A stretch of DNA of 64,000 bases from PVC group bacterium (GTDB lineage Bacteria; Auribacterota; Erginobacteria; Erginobacterales; Erginobacteraceae): contig JAXGWO010000011.1 of assembly GCA_040773245.1 (NCBI GenBank), positions 9,227 to 73,226 on the forward strand, read 5' to 3'. The stretch's first letter is position 1. Every line of letters begins with the position of its first letter. The notes beneath the pieces were generated by a model. It was not told where the DNA came from, made no database searches, and saw only the letters and a list, made by a program, of their open reading frames with translations. Of the stretch, positions 18,600-27,771 are shown piece by piece. Made by a program: the position numbers and the translations under genes.

Positions 18600-19129
18600 A
18601 CCAGACTATCTCACGCAAGACTTAGGGTTTTGAAGACAGCTCCCACGGACAATTAATTCCGGAACGATAGTCGGGCCTTTGCCCACATACCTATCACGGT
18701 CATTTGGTCCATCTTAAATGTTAGTATGCTCCTTCCGTAGCTTGATGGCAAAACGTTTGTTAATTGCCTCTGGGAGTTCAACAACCGATAGGAAAAAATC
18801 CCGCATAACCCCGAATGAAATCAATTCGGGCTATGCGGGACGTTGGAAAACTCTCCGAACTACACTTCCAGACGAAAATTTCTTCCTGGTGGAATTGACC
18901 TTCACCCATTTGCCCCTATTCTTTGGGCCACTTTTGAGATTAGTGTCAGGAGAGAGATTAACTTCGCCCTACCGCCTACAATAACGACTACAATCGGCTT
19001 GCTTCCGAAAGGGAAATCGGTATAGTTGGAGGTGAATTTTGGCTGCTATTTGGTTACCGTACCAAACGAAGCCGCCAAAGGGGTGCGCAGCGATATTCCA
19101 ATTATTTGCAGTGTAATATCTTATAGATT

Positions 19130-19221
19130 GGAGAGGTGGCAGAGCTGGCTGAATGCGGCGGATTGCTAATCCGTTGTACTGGTGTATGCCGGTACCGAGG
19201 GTTCGAATCCCTCCCTCTCCG
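19130..19221 (+). tRNA. tRNA-Ser (anticodon GCU), type II with long variable arm
   Basis: Acceptor stem GGAGAGG/CCTCTCC. Anticodon stem GCGGA/TCCGT with loop TTGCTAA. Long extra arm. T-arm GGTTCGAATCC. Closely parallels E. coli tRNA-Ser(GCU). CCA is not encoded. A TTTTTTGC-TGC-GCAAAAAA hairpin follows. Confidence 0.85.
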
Positions 19222-19339
19222 TTATTTTTTGCTGCGCAAAAAATAGTGATTGGGGTACCGGATCGGCGAACTGATTCAGCTTCCGGGAACAAGGATCTTG
19301 AGGAGTGGATGGGTGTTCCGTTTTCTATGACCGGGGGTT

Positions 19340-20758
19340 TTGCTTTTGGCCAAGAACAAGCGCCAGAATAACCTCTATCCGCTCTTCTTAGTCCTGGTTT
19401 TCGTCTTCTTCTCCGTCCTCTACGCCCTCTCCGTTCCTCTCTGGGAGGCGCCGGACGAGCCGGCGCATTACATCCGGGTTCGAAGGATAGCCGAGCCCAA
19501 GTTCTCTCCCCCCTCGTATCCGGGGCCGCTGAAGACGGTCTGGAGCGAGCGTTACCTCTACTCATCCTACCAGGACGCCCAGCCGCCGCTCTATTACCTG
19601 GGGGCGGCGGCGGTGCTGAAGGCCGTCAATCGCGTCACCGCCCTGCCCGACCCCGCGTTTCTCTTCCCCCCCGTCCAGCCCGGCTTCCAGGCCGGGATGT
19701 CTCTGTTTCTCCACCCCCCGCTCAGTCTCCGGGTCCGGCTCTCCGCCCTGGCCTCGGTTTACTCCCTCCGTCTCTTCTCCGTCCTCCTGGGCGCCCTGGC
19801 CGTCTTCCTGATCTACCGTCTCGGGCGGGCGGCCTGGCCCGAAGAACCGGCGGTCGCCCTGGGGGCGGGGGGATTTGCGGCGACGCTGCCCCAGTTCAAC
19901 TTCATCTCCGGGGCGGTCGGAAACGATCCGGCGGCTGCGCTGCTAGGGGCGGGGACCTTGCTCTACCTGGTCGGCCGGCTGGGCAGGGATCGCCCGGCCG
20001 GGGCCCGGTATTACCTTGGGCTCGGGGTGCTGCTGGCTCTGGGGTTGCTGACCAAGTTCAACCTGGTCTTTCTTTTCCCGACGGCGGTGGTATTTATTGT
20101 ACTGAAAAACCGCCCCCTCCCCCTGCCCCCACCCCCCCCGGGGGGGGTACGGGGAGCCGGGCAGGCAAGCGGCTGGGGGAAGGCGGTGTCGGCCCTGGCC
20201 CTGACCGCGACACCCCTGATCCTGGCGGGGGCGGCCTCGGCCATACTCTTCCCGGCGGAGTTTGCCGGAAAGGTCCGGGTTCTCGGGTTCCGGTTCTTCC
20301 GGGTCACCCCGGAGCTGCTGACCGGTGTTCAGTTCCGGTATATGATCTCCACGATTTACCGCTCCTTCTTCGCCCTCTTCGGCTGGATGTCGGTCCCGGC
20401 CACCGGAATCCTCTACCGGGCCTGGGGCCTGGTCTTCGCCGCGTCGGTGATCGGCTGGATCCGGCGCCCGGCGGGAGAAAGCTGTTGGCTCCGGGCCCCC
20501 CGCCGCCGCCCCGCGGGGTTGCTGGCGGCGGCGGCGGCGTTCCTGCTGCTGGGGGTGATCAAGAACAACCTGCTGGTCCCCCAGTCCCAGGGCCGCTTTC
20601 TCTTCCCGGCCCTGGGGGCGATCGCGGTGCTATTTTCCGCCGGTTTCGTCCGGTTCTTCCCGGGCCGGCACCGGGTTCGGGCGGCCTGGGCGCTGCTGGT
20701 TTTATTGGGGGCCTTGAACCTGATCGCCTGGCTGGAAATGATCGGGCGGATCTCCTGA
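19340..20758 (+). CDS. GT-C-fold membrane glycosyltransferase (ArnT/PMT-like, family 39/83-type)
   Basis: 472 aa with >=10 predicted TM helices. Periplasmic loop 1 carries 'PLWEAPDEPAHYIRVRRIAE', a DE-x-x-(H/R)Y motif as in ArnT/PMT catalytic loops. Starts on TTG per track. Contains a Pro/Gly-rich segment encoded by a C8G8 tract. Confidence 0.6.
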   Translation: MLLAKNKRQNNLYPLFLVLVFVFFSVLYALSVPLWEAPDEPAHYIRVRRIAEPKFSPPSYPGPLKTVWSERYLYSSYQDAQPPLYYLGAAAVLKAVNRVTALPDPAFLFPPVQPGFQAGMSLFLHPPLSLRVRLSALASVYSLRLFSVLLGALAVFLIYRLGRAAWPEEPAVALGAGGFAATLPQFNFISGAVGNDPAAALLGAGTLLYLVGRLGRDRPAGARYYLGLGVLLALGLLTKFNLVFLFPTAVVFIVLKNRPLPLPPPPPGGVRGAGQASGWGKAVSALALTATPLILAGAASAILFPAEFAGKVRVLGFRFFRVTPELLTGVQFRYMISTIYRSFFALFGWMSVPATGILYRAWGLVFAASVIGWIRRPAGESCWLRAPRRRPAGLLAAAAAFLLLGVIKNNLLVPQSQGRFLFPALGAIAVLFSAGFVRFFPGRHRVRAAWALLVLLGALNLIAWLEMIGRIS

Positions 20759-20849
20759 CGGCTGTCCTGCCGGATGGGTCGGACAGAGGCAATTCCGGCG
20801 GCTTTCCCGGTTGCCCTGGCGGAGGGGGAAATCCTGTAATATATTGAAG

Positions 20850-21467
20850 GCGATGGTTACCTCCCGTTTGACAATAGCGCTATTCGTTCTCCTGGTGGTT
20901 TCGGGGCTCAACCCGGAATCGGCGGCGTCGGCTCCGGAGAAAGAGGTCGAGATGCAGAAGGTGCTGGTGGAGGGGGTGGCGTCGAGCGGGCAGGCTTCCC
21001 CGGTCTCGGTGCTGAGGGAGATCGGCGAACGGATTCGCGGCCGTTCCTTCTCGGTGATGTACGGCAAATATGTCGCCTTCCTGAACGATCCGGTTCCCCC
21101 CTCGCTGGTCACCGACCGGACCCGGCTGATCGGCATCAAGCAGCTCCCGACCGGTCTCTTCAAGGCGACGATGGAGGTTGAGATCGCCGCCGACCTGGAA
21201 GAGCGGCTGGACCTGCTCCGGGAGAGAACCCAGCCGGGGAGAGGGGACCCGGTGACGGCGGGGAGCTTGATCCTGGCCCGGGAGGAAGCCCGGGAAGACG
21301 CGCTGGAGAGGGGGATCCTGGCGGCGGTGGCCGAGCAGTACCCGGGCGCCTCCGCCCCGTCCCGCCTGGCCGGCCGGATTTACTTCCTGGGGACGATCCG
21401 GGAAGAGATCGAGGAGGGGGATTACGTCATCCTGGCCCGGCTCAAGGTCCGGCTCTTCCGGCCCTGA
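20850..21467 (+). CDS. hypothetical secreted protein
   Basis: ATG 20850 gives MVTSRLTIALFVLLVVSGLNPESAASA, a Sec signal peptide. 205 aa with no recognisable family. Confidence 0.55.
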   Translation, partial: AMVTSRLTIALFVLLVVSGLNPESAASAPEKEVEMQKVLVEGVASSGQASPVSVLREIGERIRGRSFSVMYGKYVAFLNDPVPPSLVTDRTRLIGIKQLPTGLFKATMEVEIAADLEERLDLLRERTQPGRGDPVTAGSLILAREEAREDALERGILAAVAEQYPGASAPSRLAGRIYFLGTIREEIEEGDYVILARLKVRLFRP

Positions 21468-21468
21468 T

Positions 21469-21798
21469 TCAGAAATGTACCGCCAGCCAGATCGTGTCCC
21501 GGCCGGGGGCGGTCCGCTCCACCCGGTGCCGGCAGCGGGGCGGGATGGTCAGGTAATCCCCCGCCTCCAGGCGGACGGGTTCGTCCTCCCCGGCGAAAAG
21601 GATCTCCGCCTTCCCCTCCAGGAGAAGGACGAATTCGCTGAGCTCCTGGTCGTACCAGAAGCCGGGGGGAGAACGGTGGCCCCGGGAGACGATCCGCTCG
21701 ATGCGGGTCTTGCGCTTTCCGGCCAGCACTTCCACCAGTTCCCCGGGGAGCCGGTCGGAGATCCCGGAGCGGAGATTATTTTTCGCTGGCATTTTCAT
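21469..21798 (-). CDS. cupin-domain protein
   Basis: 109 aa. 'LLLEGKAEILFAGEDEPVRLEAGDYLTIPPRCRHRV' is a cupin_2 beta-barrel motif. Confidence 0.7.
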   Translation of the reverse strand: MKMPAKNNLRSGISDRLPGELVEVLAGKRKTRIERIVSRGHRSPPGFWYDQELSEFVLLLEGKAEILFAGEDEPVRLEAGDYLTIPPRCRHRVERTAPGRDTIWLAVHF

Positions 21799-21840
21799 CC
21801 GGTCGGGTTTAAATTGTCGGGCGACAAGGAGGTGAATGCG

Positions 21841-21963
21841 ATGTCCAAACCCAGAGATACCAAAAAAGAGCAGAAGAAAAAACCGAAAATGACGCTCAAG
21901 GAGAAGAGGCAGGCCAAGCGCGAGAAGAAACAGCAGGCCTCCTCCTTCGGTTCAGAGCGGTAA
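21841..21963 (+). CDS. 40-aa lysine-rich small protein (MSKPRDTKKEQKKKPKMTLKEKRQAKREKKQQASSFGSER)
   Basis: Perfect SD AAGGAGGTG sits 7 nt upstream of ATG 21841. Very basic, low-complexity composition. Sits between convergently/divergently arranged genes with its own signals. Confidence 0.5.
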   Translation: MSKPRDTKKEQKKKPKMTLKEKRQAKREKKQQASSFGSER

Positions 21964-22172
21964 TTCTCCGCCTGCCGCCCTCCGTTCCCAACTCCCGATC
22001 CGGCCATCCGCCGGGCGGAAACACCGGGGGTTCCCCGCGCCGGCCCCCGCGGCCAGGCTGATTTTTATGCCGGATCGACCACGGGTGCTGTAGTATTCCC
22101 CTGCCGCCGGAAAACGGCCTGGCCCACCCGGCGGCCGGATTTAATCAGCAACCTCAAACAAGGGAATCCGTT

Positions 22173-23165
22173 ATGACAACTCAATTCTTGGGAAGAAGTC
22201 TGCTCACCCTGCGGGATTACTCCGCCGATGAGATCGAGGCCCTGCTCGATTTTTCGATCGGGCTGAAAGCCGAGAAGGCTTCCGGGAAACGGCCCCGGCG
22301 GCTGGAGGGGAAGAACATCGCCCTGATCTTCGAGAAACCATCCACCCGGACCCGTTGCGCCTTCGTGGTCGCCGCGGTCGACGAGGGGGCCCACCCGGAG
22401 TACCTGGGCAAGGGCGACATCCAGCTGGGGAAGAAGGAAACGGTGAAGGATACCGCCCGGGTCCTCGGCAGGATGTTCGAGGGGATCCAGTTCCGAGGCT
22501 TCCGGCACCGGACCGCCGAGGAGCTGGCGAGCTTCGCCGGGGTCCCGGTCTGGAACGGCCTCACCGACCGGTTCCATCCCACCCAGGCCCTGGCCGACCT
22601 GATGACCGTCCGGGAACGGAAGGGGAAACTGGAGGGAATCGCGCTGGCCTACGTCGGCGACGGGCGGAACAACGTCGCCAACTCCCTGATGCTGGCCGGG
22701 GCGAAGATGGGGATGGATATCCGGATCGTCGCCCCGGAGGAGCTCGTCCCGGGCCGAGAGCTGGTGGTCGAAGCCGGCCGCTCGGCGCAAGACCGGGGAG
22801 GGAAGGTGACCGTCACCGCCGATGTCGCCGCCGGCGTGGCCGGGGCCGAGGTCGTCTACACCGATGTCTGGGCCTCGATGGGGGAGGAGGAATCGATCCG
22901 GGAGCGGATCCGGCTCCTCACCCCCTACCGGGTGGACGGGTCCCTGATGGAGAAGACCGGCCGGGCGGACTGTGTCTTCCTCCACTGTTTACCGTGTTTC
23001 CACAACGCCGATACCGACCTCTCCCGGGAGCACCCGGATATCTGCGAGGCCTCGGAGGAGGTCTTCGAGAGCGGGAACTCGGCGGTCTTCGACCAGGCCG
23101 AGAACCGGATGCACACGATCAAGGCGGTGATGATCGCCACCCTGACCGGGACCTGCGGCCTGTAA
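22173..23165 (+). CDS. argF: ornithine carbamoyltransferase-family enzyme
   Basis: 'PSTRTRCAF' carbamoyl-phosphate-binding STRTR motif. 'HCLP' ornithine-site motif. 'NNVANSLMLAGAKMGMDIRIVAP'. 330 aa, typical of the family. Confidence 0.85.
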   Translation: MTTQFLGRSLLTLRDYSADEIEALLDFSIGLKAEKASGKRPRRLEGKNIALIFEKPSTRTRCAFVVAAVDEGAHPEYLGKGDIQLGKKETVKDTARVLGRMFEGIQFRGFRHRTAEELASFAGVPVWNGLTDRFHPTQALADLMTVRERKGKLEGIALAYVGDGRNNVANSLMLAGAKMGMDIRIVAPEELVPGRELVVEAGRSAQDRGGKVTVTADVAAGVAGAEVVYTDVWASMGEEESIRERIRLLTPYRVDGSLMEKTGRADCVFLHCLPCFHNADTDLSREHPDICEASEEVFESGNSAVFDQAENRMHTIKAVMIATLTGTCGL

Positions 23166-23233
23166 CTCTAATTTGACGGGATAACAGGATCGACAGGAAA
23201 GGGAAGGGGAGAAAGCAATCCAGGAGAGGATGG

Positions 23234-23980
23234 ATGATGAAAAGAGCAGGCGCAGGGATTTCCGTACCCGATCTTTCCGGGAAGCGGGCGCTGGTCACCG
23301 GGGGGAACCGGGGGATCGGAAAGGCGATCGCCCTGGCCCTGGCGAGGGCGGGGGCCCGGGTCGCCATCTGCGGGCGGAACGAGGAGACCCTGGCCGGGAC
23401 CGCCGCGCTCCTGGACGGGCTGACCCCGGGCGCCTTCTGGAAGGCGGTCGACGTCCGGCGCGAAGACCGGCAGCTGGCCCTCTTCCAGGAGGTCCGGGAG
23501 CGGTTCGGCGGCCTCGATATCTGCGTCCCCAACGCCGGCGAAGCTACCCTGGCCACCGCCCTGGACACCGGACTGGGAGACTGGAACCGGGACATCGAGA
23601 CCAACCTGACCGGGGTTTTCATCACCTGCCGGGAGGCTCTGCGGATGATGAAGGAGCAGGGTTCCGGATGGATCATCCCCATCGTCAGCCAGGCCGGGAA
23701 GAAGCCCTTCCTCCTCCGGGCGGCTTATTGCGCCTCGAAGTGGGGGGCGCTGGGCTTCACCAAGTGCCTGGCCCTGGAAGCCGCGCAGTACAACGTCCGG
23801 GTGACCGCGGTCTGCCCGGCCAGCGTGGCCACCGACTTCCAGAAGGGCAACCCCCGGGGGACGGACTGGATGATGGAAGCCTCCGACGTGGCCGCCTGCG
23901 TCCTCTACCTCCTGGGGCTCTCGGAGAAGGTCGAGATCGAGGAGATCGTCCTCAAGACCCGCAAGAAATCGGCCGGCTGA
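23234..23980 (+). CDS. SDR-family NAD(P)-dependent oxidoreductase (FabG-like)
   Basis: 'ALVTGGNRGIGKAIA' Rossmann TGxxxGxG motif. 'NAG' motif. Catalytic 'YCASKWG' (YxxxK). Confidence 0.9.
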   Translation: MMKRAGAGISVPDLSGKRALVTGGNRGIGKAIALALARAGARVAICGRNEETLAGTAALLDGLTPGAFWKAVDVRREDRQLALFQEVRERFGGLDICVPNAGEATLATALDTGLGDWNRDIETNLTGVFITCREALRMMKEQGSGWIIPIVSQAGKKPFLLRAAYCASKWGALGFTKCLALEAAQYNVRVTAVCPASVATDFQKGNPRGTDWMMEASDVAACVLYLLGLSEKVEIEEIVLKTRKKSAG

Positions 23981-24195
23981 TTCCCGGGAGAGACGGCAAG
24001 AGGCAGAGGAGACTGCTTATGGTTCCCGCCTTGCTCCTGGCCGGCCGCCCCCCGAAGGATCGCTTGATGACCCTCCGTTATGCGGGAGCAGACCTTGGTC
24101 CGCTTCCGCCGGTTGCTCTTCGTTCCTGAAGACCTTTGCTCCGGACATTCCCCCCCCAGGTCCTTGACTCTCCAGAAAAAATTTCATTTTTTCCC

Positions 24196-24270
24196 TTGAC
24201 TAATAGGTCATAACCGACTATATGGTCATAATAGACGATATGGTTGATTATGACCATATCGTCATAACAG
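24196..24270 (+). promoter_or_regulatory. promoter (TTGACT-17-TATATG) overlapped by a cluster of TCATAA/TTATGA half-sites forming palindromes (ATATGGTCATAAT ... ATTATGACCATAT), a probable TetR operator
   Basis: Low-GC island immediately upstream of the TetR gene. It contains a 13-bp perfect inverted repeat plus extra direct copies of GGTCATAA. Confidence 0.45.
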
Positions 24271-24279
24271 ACCGGATGG

Positions 24280-25008
24280 TTGGTTTTAGCTCAGCAAGTG
24301 ATGAATCAACAATTAGAGATAGCGGGGATAGTTCCCCAACCCCGGGCCAAGGCCCGGAAAGCGGGCCGTCACAACCGGCGGGCACTGAAGACCAGGGGCA
24401 AGCTATTGGAAGCCGCCCGGACCCTCTTCACCGAGCAGGGTATCGAGCTGACCTCGGTCGACGATATCACCCGCCGGGCCGATGTCGGCAAGGGGACCTT
24501 CTACTACCACTTCACCGACCGCGAAGAGATCATTCGGGAACTGATCGACTGGGTGATCGAACAGCTGCTGGCGGTGATCGACGAGACCTGCCGGGAGTCG
24601 ACCGACCTGAAGACGACCCTGGAAGGACTGATCAAGGCCCACGTCAGCTTCTTCTCCAACCGCTGGCAGGATTTCGTCCTTTTCTTCCAGGGAAGGAGCG
24701 AACTGACCATCGAGCAGAGTTACGAGGGGATCGAGACCCCGTTTCTGAAGTACCTGGAGCGGGTGGAGGAACTTTTGGAGCGGTTCATCTCCGCCAAGCT
24801 TCCCCCGCCGGTGATGCGGAGGATCGCTTGCGCGGTGGTGGGGTTGGTTTCCGGGTACTACTCGTTCGCGGCGATCGAGTCGCTCGACGACTCGGTGGAC
24901 CTGACCTTCGCTTCCCTGAGGGAGGCGATGGTGGCCAGTTTGATGCGGTTCATCCAGGAAGCAAGCATCCAGCCCGGGCCGGAAACGCTTCCGGCCGCCA
25001 CGGGCTGA
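24280..25008 (+). CDS. TetR/AcrR-family transcriptional regulator
   Basis: 'LLEAARTLFTEQGIELTSVDDITRRADVGKGTFYYHF' is the TetR HTH signature. Start may be ATG 24301 (MNQQLE). Confidence 0.85.
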   Translation: MVLAQQVMNQQLEIAGIVPQPRAKARKAGRHNRRALKTRGKLLEAARTLFTEQGIELTSVDDITRRADVGKGTFYYHFTDREEIIRELIDWVIEQLLAVIDETCRESTDLKTTLEGLIKAHVSFFSNRWQDFVLFFQGRSELTIEQSYEGIETPFLKYLERVEELLERFISAKLPPPVMRRIACAVVGLVSGYYSFAAIESLDDSVDLTFASLREAMVASLMRFIQEASIQPGPETLPAATG

Positions 25009-25199
25009 TCGGATATGCGGTAACGCGGCCGGCCCGGGCAATTGCGCCCGGGTTCCGCGATAACCAAAGAGGAGTATAAGATAGAGTGAAAACCACCTGC
25101 GCGGGAGAAAAGATCGCGGGAGGAAAGATCGAGTCGGCGGTATCGGTAGCCCAGCGGTGGCGATCCGGGGGCGCCGAAACAAAACAACTGGCGGGGACG

Positions 25200-25601
25200 A
25201 TGATCAAGCCCGCCCGGGGCCGCGCCCTGAAAGCCCAGGCCGAGAAGAAATCCGCCTGGGGGATCGCGGCCAGCATCGACATCTACAACTGCAACCCCGA
25301 CACCATCCGGGACGCCGAAGCCATCCGGCGGTTCGTCGCCGAGCTCTGCGACCTGATCGAGATGAAGCGGTTCGGCGAAACCCAGGTGGTCCACTTCGGC
25401 GAGGACGAACGGGTGGCCGGGTATTCGATGATCCAGCTGATCGAGACCTCGCTGATCTCGGCTCACTTCGCCAACCAGTCCAACGCCGTCTACCTCGACG
25501 TCTTCAGCTGCAAGCCCTACGACCCCTTCCTGGCGGAGAAGTTCGCCCTCAAGTTCTTCGGGGGGAGCCACTGCATCACCAAGGTCAACTTGAGGATGTA
25601 G
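25200..25601 (+). CDS. S-adenosylmethionine-decarboxylase-like (class 1b, pyruvoyl-dependent) decarboxylase proenzyme homolog
   Basis: 'SAWGIAASIDIYNCN...FGEDERVAGYSMIQLIETSLISAHF...VYLDVFSCKPYDP' parallels B. subtilis SpeH (WGCD..., ISESHLTIHSF, IDVYTCG). The serinolysis motif reads ETS rather than ESH, so processing is uncertain. Track ORF begins further upstream at GTG 25086. Confidence 0.55.
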   Translation: MIKPARGRALKAQAEKKSAWGIAASIDIYNCNPDTIRDAEAIRRFVAELCDLIEMKRFGETQVVHFGEDERVAGYSMIQLIETSLISAHFANQSNAVYLDVFSCKPYDPFLAEKFALKFFGGSHCITKVNLRM

Positions 25602-25604
25602 CCG

Positions 25605-26516
25605 TTGTCTCAGTTCGAGATCATCACTGACCTCGAGCCGGGCCGGAAAATCTGGGAGCGGGTGATACCGCGGGATTCGCTGACCGATCTCTGGGAGGTC
25701 AGGGAGTGCTTCCAGCGGTGTTTCGGGAGGCCGTCCGCCTTTGTCGTCGGCCGGGAGGGGGACGCCATCACCGGTTTTCTTCCCCTGAGCTGGATCGAGG
25801 AAACCGGGCTCTGGGGCTACTTCCCCGGCGAGACCTGGCAGGGGAAGACCTGGCTGGAGGGGAACCGGATCCCCTCCTGTGACCCCGAAGTTCTCGCGGG
25901 GCTGCTCCGCCGACTTCCCGGGCCCGGCAAAATCCGTTATCTCCTTCCCTACCCCGGCGCGGAGGAGATCGACGAGACCGGCTACCTCTTCTTCCCCCCC
26001 GCCTATGATTACCGGTTCGACAACTACCTCGGCGAATTCTCCTCCAAGTCCCGCCGCCGGTTGCGCAAGGAGCTCGACGCCTTCGAGGCAAGGGGGCTGG
26101 AGTTCCGCTACGACCGGCCGGAAGACTTCGAGCTGATCGTGGAGATGAACATCTCCCGTTTCGGGGAGAGTTCGTACTTCGCCGACCCCCGTTTCACGGA
26201 GAGCTTCCGCCTTCTCGCCGGGTTGCTCCGGGAACGGTCCTGGGCGAGGCTGACCACGGTCCTGGTCGAGGGGAGACCGGCGGCCTGCGACCTGGGCGCG
26301 GTTTACAACGGGGTTTACACCCTGCTCGCCGGGGGGACGGCGGGGGAGTACCCGGGGGTGGCCAAGGTGATCAACCTCCACCACATCGAGCGGGCCTGCC
26401 GGGAGAAGCTGAAAATGGTGGATTTCCTCTGCGGCGACTTCTCCTGGAAGACCCTCTTCCACCTTTCCCCCCGACCGCTCTACCTCCTGTCCGCCTCGCC
26501 CCCCGATGAGAACTGA
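25605..26516 (+). CDS. FemAB/CelD-like GNAT-fold acyl/aminoacyl-transferase (Acetyltransf_6 type)
   Basis: 303 aa. The length and bipartite architecture match BioF2/CelD/FemAB-like GNAT proteins. TTG start 4 nt after the preceding gene. No definitive motif, so the call rests on fold-level resemblance. Confidence 0.55.
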   Translation: MSQFEIITDLEPGRKIWERVIPRDSLTDLWEVRECFQRCFGRPSAFVVGREGDAITGFLPLSWIEETGLWGYFPGETWQGKTWLEGNRIPSCDPEVLAGLLRRLPGPGKIRYLLPYPGAEEIDETGYLFFPPAYDYRFDNYLGEFSSKSRRRLRKELDAFEARGLEFRYDRPEDFELIVEMNISRFGESSYFADPRFTESFRLLAGLLRERSWARLTTVLVEGRPAACDLGAVYNGVYTLLAGGTAGEYPGVAKVINLHHIERACREKLKMVDFLCGDFSWKTLFHLSPRPLYLLSASPPDEN

Positions 26517-27771
26517 CCCCGTCCTGGTCGTGGGGACCACGGCCGACTATATCGACCTGATCGAAAGGAAATTCCCCGGCCGGGCTCTCTTCCTGACCGA
26601 CCCGTCCGAGCGGAGAAGGATCGCGGAATACCCCGATCCGGGCCCGGAAGCCGAGGTGCTCTCGGACCTCTCTTTCGGCGAGGCGCGGATCGCTCTCTCC
26701 CGCTGGATGGAAGGGACCGGCCGGCGCCCGTCCGGGGCAGCCTGTTTCGATTGCGAGTCCCTCCTCCTGGCGGCCGAACTGGCCCGTTATCTCGCTCTCC
26801 CCTTCGCCTCCCCGGAAGCGGTCCTCGCCGCCCGCGACAAGCATCGCTCGAAGCTGCTCTGGAGGGAGGCCGGTCTGCCCTGCCCGGCGTCCCGCCTGGT
26901 CCGGGAACCGGAAGAGGCGGTCGAGTTCATTCGGGGCGGCGCGCGACCCGCGGTGATCAAGCCCCTGACCGGGTCGGGGAGCGAGCTGATCTTCACCTGC
27001 CGGCAGGAGAGCGATTGCCGCCGGACCTTCGCCCTCCTCAAGGAGAAGCTGGCCGTTCATCCCAACCGGAGGATGTACGCGGAGCGCCAGGAGACCGACC
27101 CCCGCACCGTCTTCGCCGTCGAGGAACTGGTCGAGGGGGAGGAGTGGAGCTGCGACTTCGCCCTCGACCGGAAGGAGGCGAGGATCATCCGGCTGACCCG
27201 GAAGATCTTCGCCCGGGATCAATCCTTCGGGACGGTCCTCGCCTACCGGCTCTCCCGGGAACTCCCGGCCGGTCTCGACCCCGAGGGTTTCTTGAGCCAG
27301 CTGGAGCGCGCGGGCCGGGCCCTGGGGATCGAGCGGAGTATCTGTATGCTTGACTTCATTGTCGCCGGCGGCCGGGCGAAGATGATCGAACTCACCCCCC
27401 GGCCGGGCGGCGACTGCCTGGTCTCCTTGGCGCGCCTGGGCGGAGGTTTCGAGATGCTCGGCTACGCGCTGGACTTCGCCGCCGGACGGGAGCAGGATCC
27501 GCCGCCGTTCCGGGACTGGGAGGAGCTGGCCGGTCTCCACCTCCTCGCCCCCCGGGGGGGGACGATCCGCCGGGTCGACGCCTCCCGGATCCTGTCCGAT
27601 CCCCGGGTCCGGGAATGCCGTCTCTCCGCCCGCCCGGGGGACCGGGTGGTGCCGCCCCCCGACGACTACGACTCCCGGCGGCTGGGACACGTGATCTTCC
27701 TGCCCCGATCCGGAGACCTGGAGGGGGAATGTCTCGAGCTGTCCGGGAAACTGGAACTGGAGTTCGAGTGA
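26506..27771 (+). CDS. ATP-grasp family carboxylate-amine ligase
   Basis: 'PAVIKPLTGSGSELIF' (Lys/Gly-rich ATP loop). 'VEELVEGEEWSCDFA'. ~420 aa, which is ATP-grasp_4-like. Overlaps neighbouring genes by 11 and 1 nt (operon). Confidence 0.7.
   Translation: MRTDPVLVVGTTADYIDLIERKFPGRALFLTDPSERRRIAEYPDPGPEAEVLSDLSFGEARIALSRWMEGTGRRPSGAACFDCESLLLAAELARYLALPFASPEAVLAARDKHRSKLLWREAGLPCPASRLVREPEEAVEFIRGGARPAVIKPLTGSGSELIFTCRQESDCRRTFALLKEKLAVHPNRRMYAERQETDPRTVFAVEELVEGEEWSCDFALDRKEARIIRLTRKIFARDQSFGTVLAYRLSRELPAGLDPEGFLSQLERAGRALGIERSICMLDFIVAGGRAKMIELTPRPGGDCLVSLARLGGGFEMLGYALDFAAGREQDPPPFRDWEELAGLHLLAPRGGTIRRVDASRILSDPRVRECRLSARPGDRVVPPPDDYDSRRLGHVIFLPRSGDLEGECLELSGKLELEFE

Noticed and set aside
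22065-23682. ORFs 22065..22985(-), 22355..23176(+), 23119..23682(-), 23230..24129(+)
   Set aside because: Shadow ORFs over the OTC-like and SDR genes. The real frames carry STRTR/HCLP and TGxxxGxG/YxxxK motifs.
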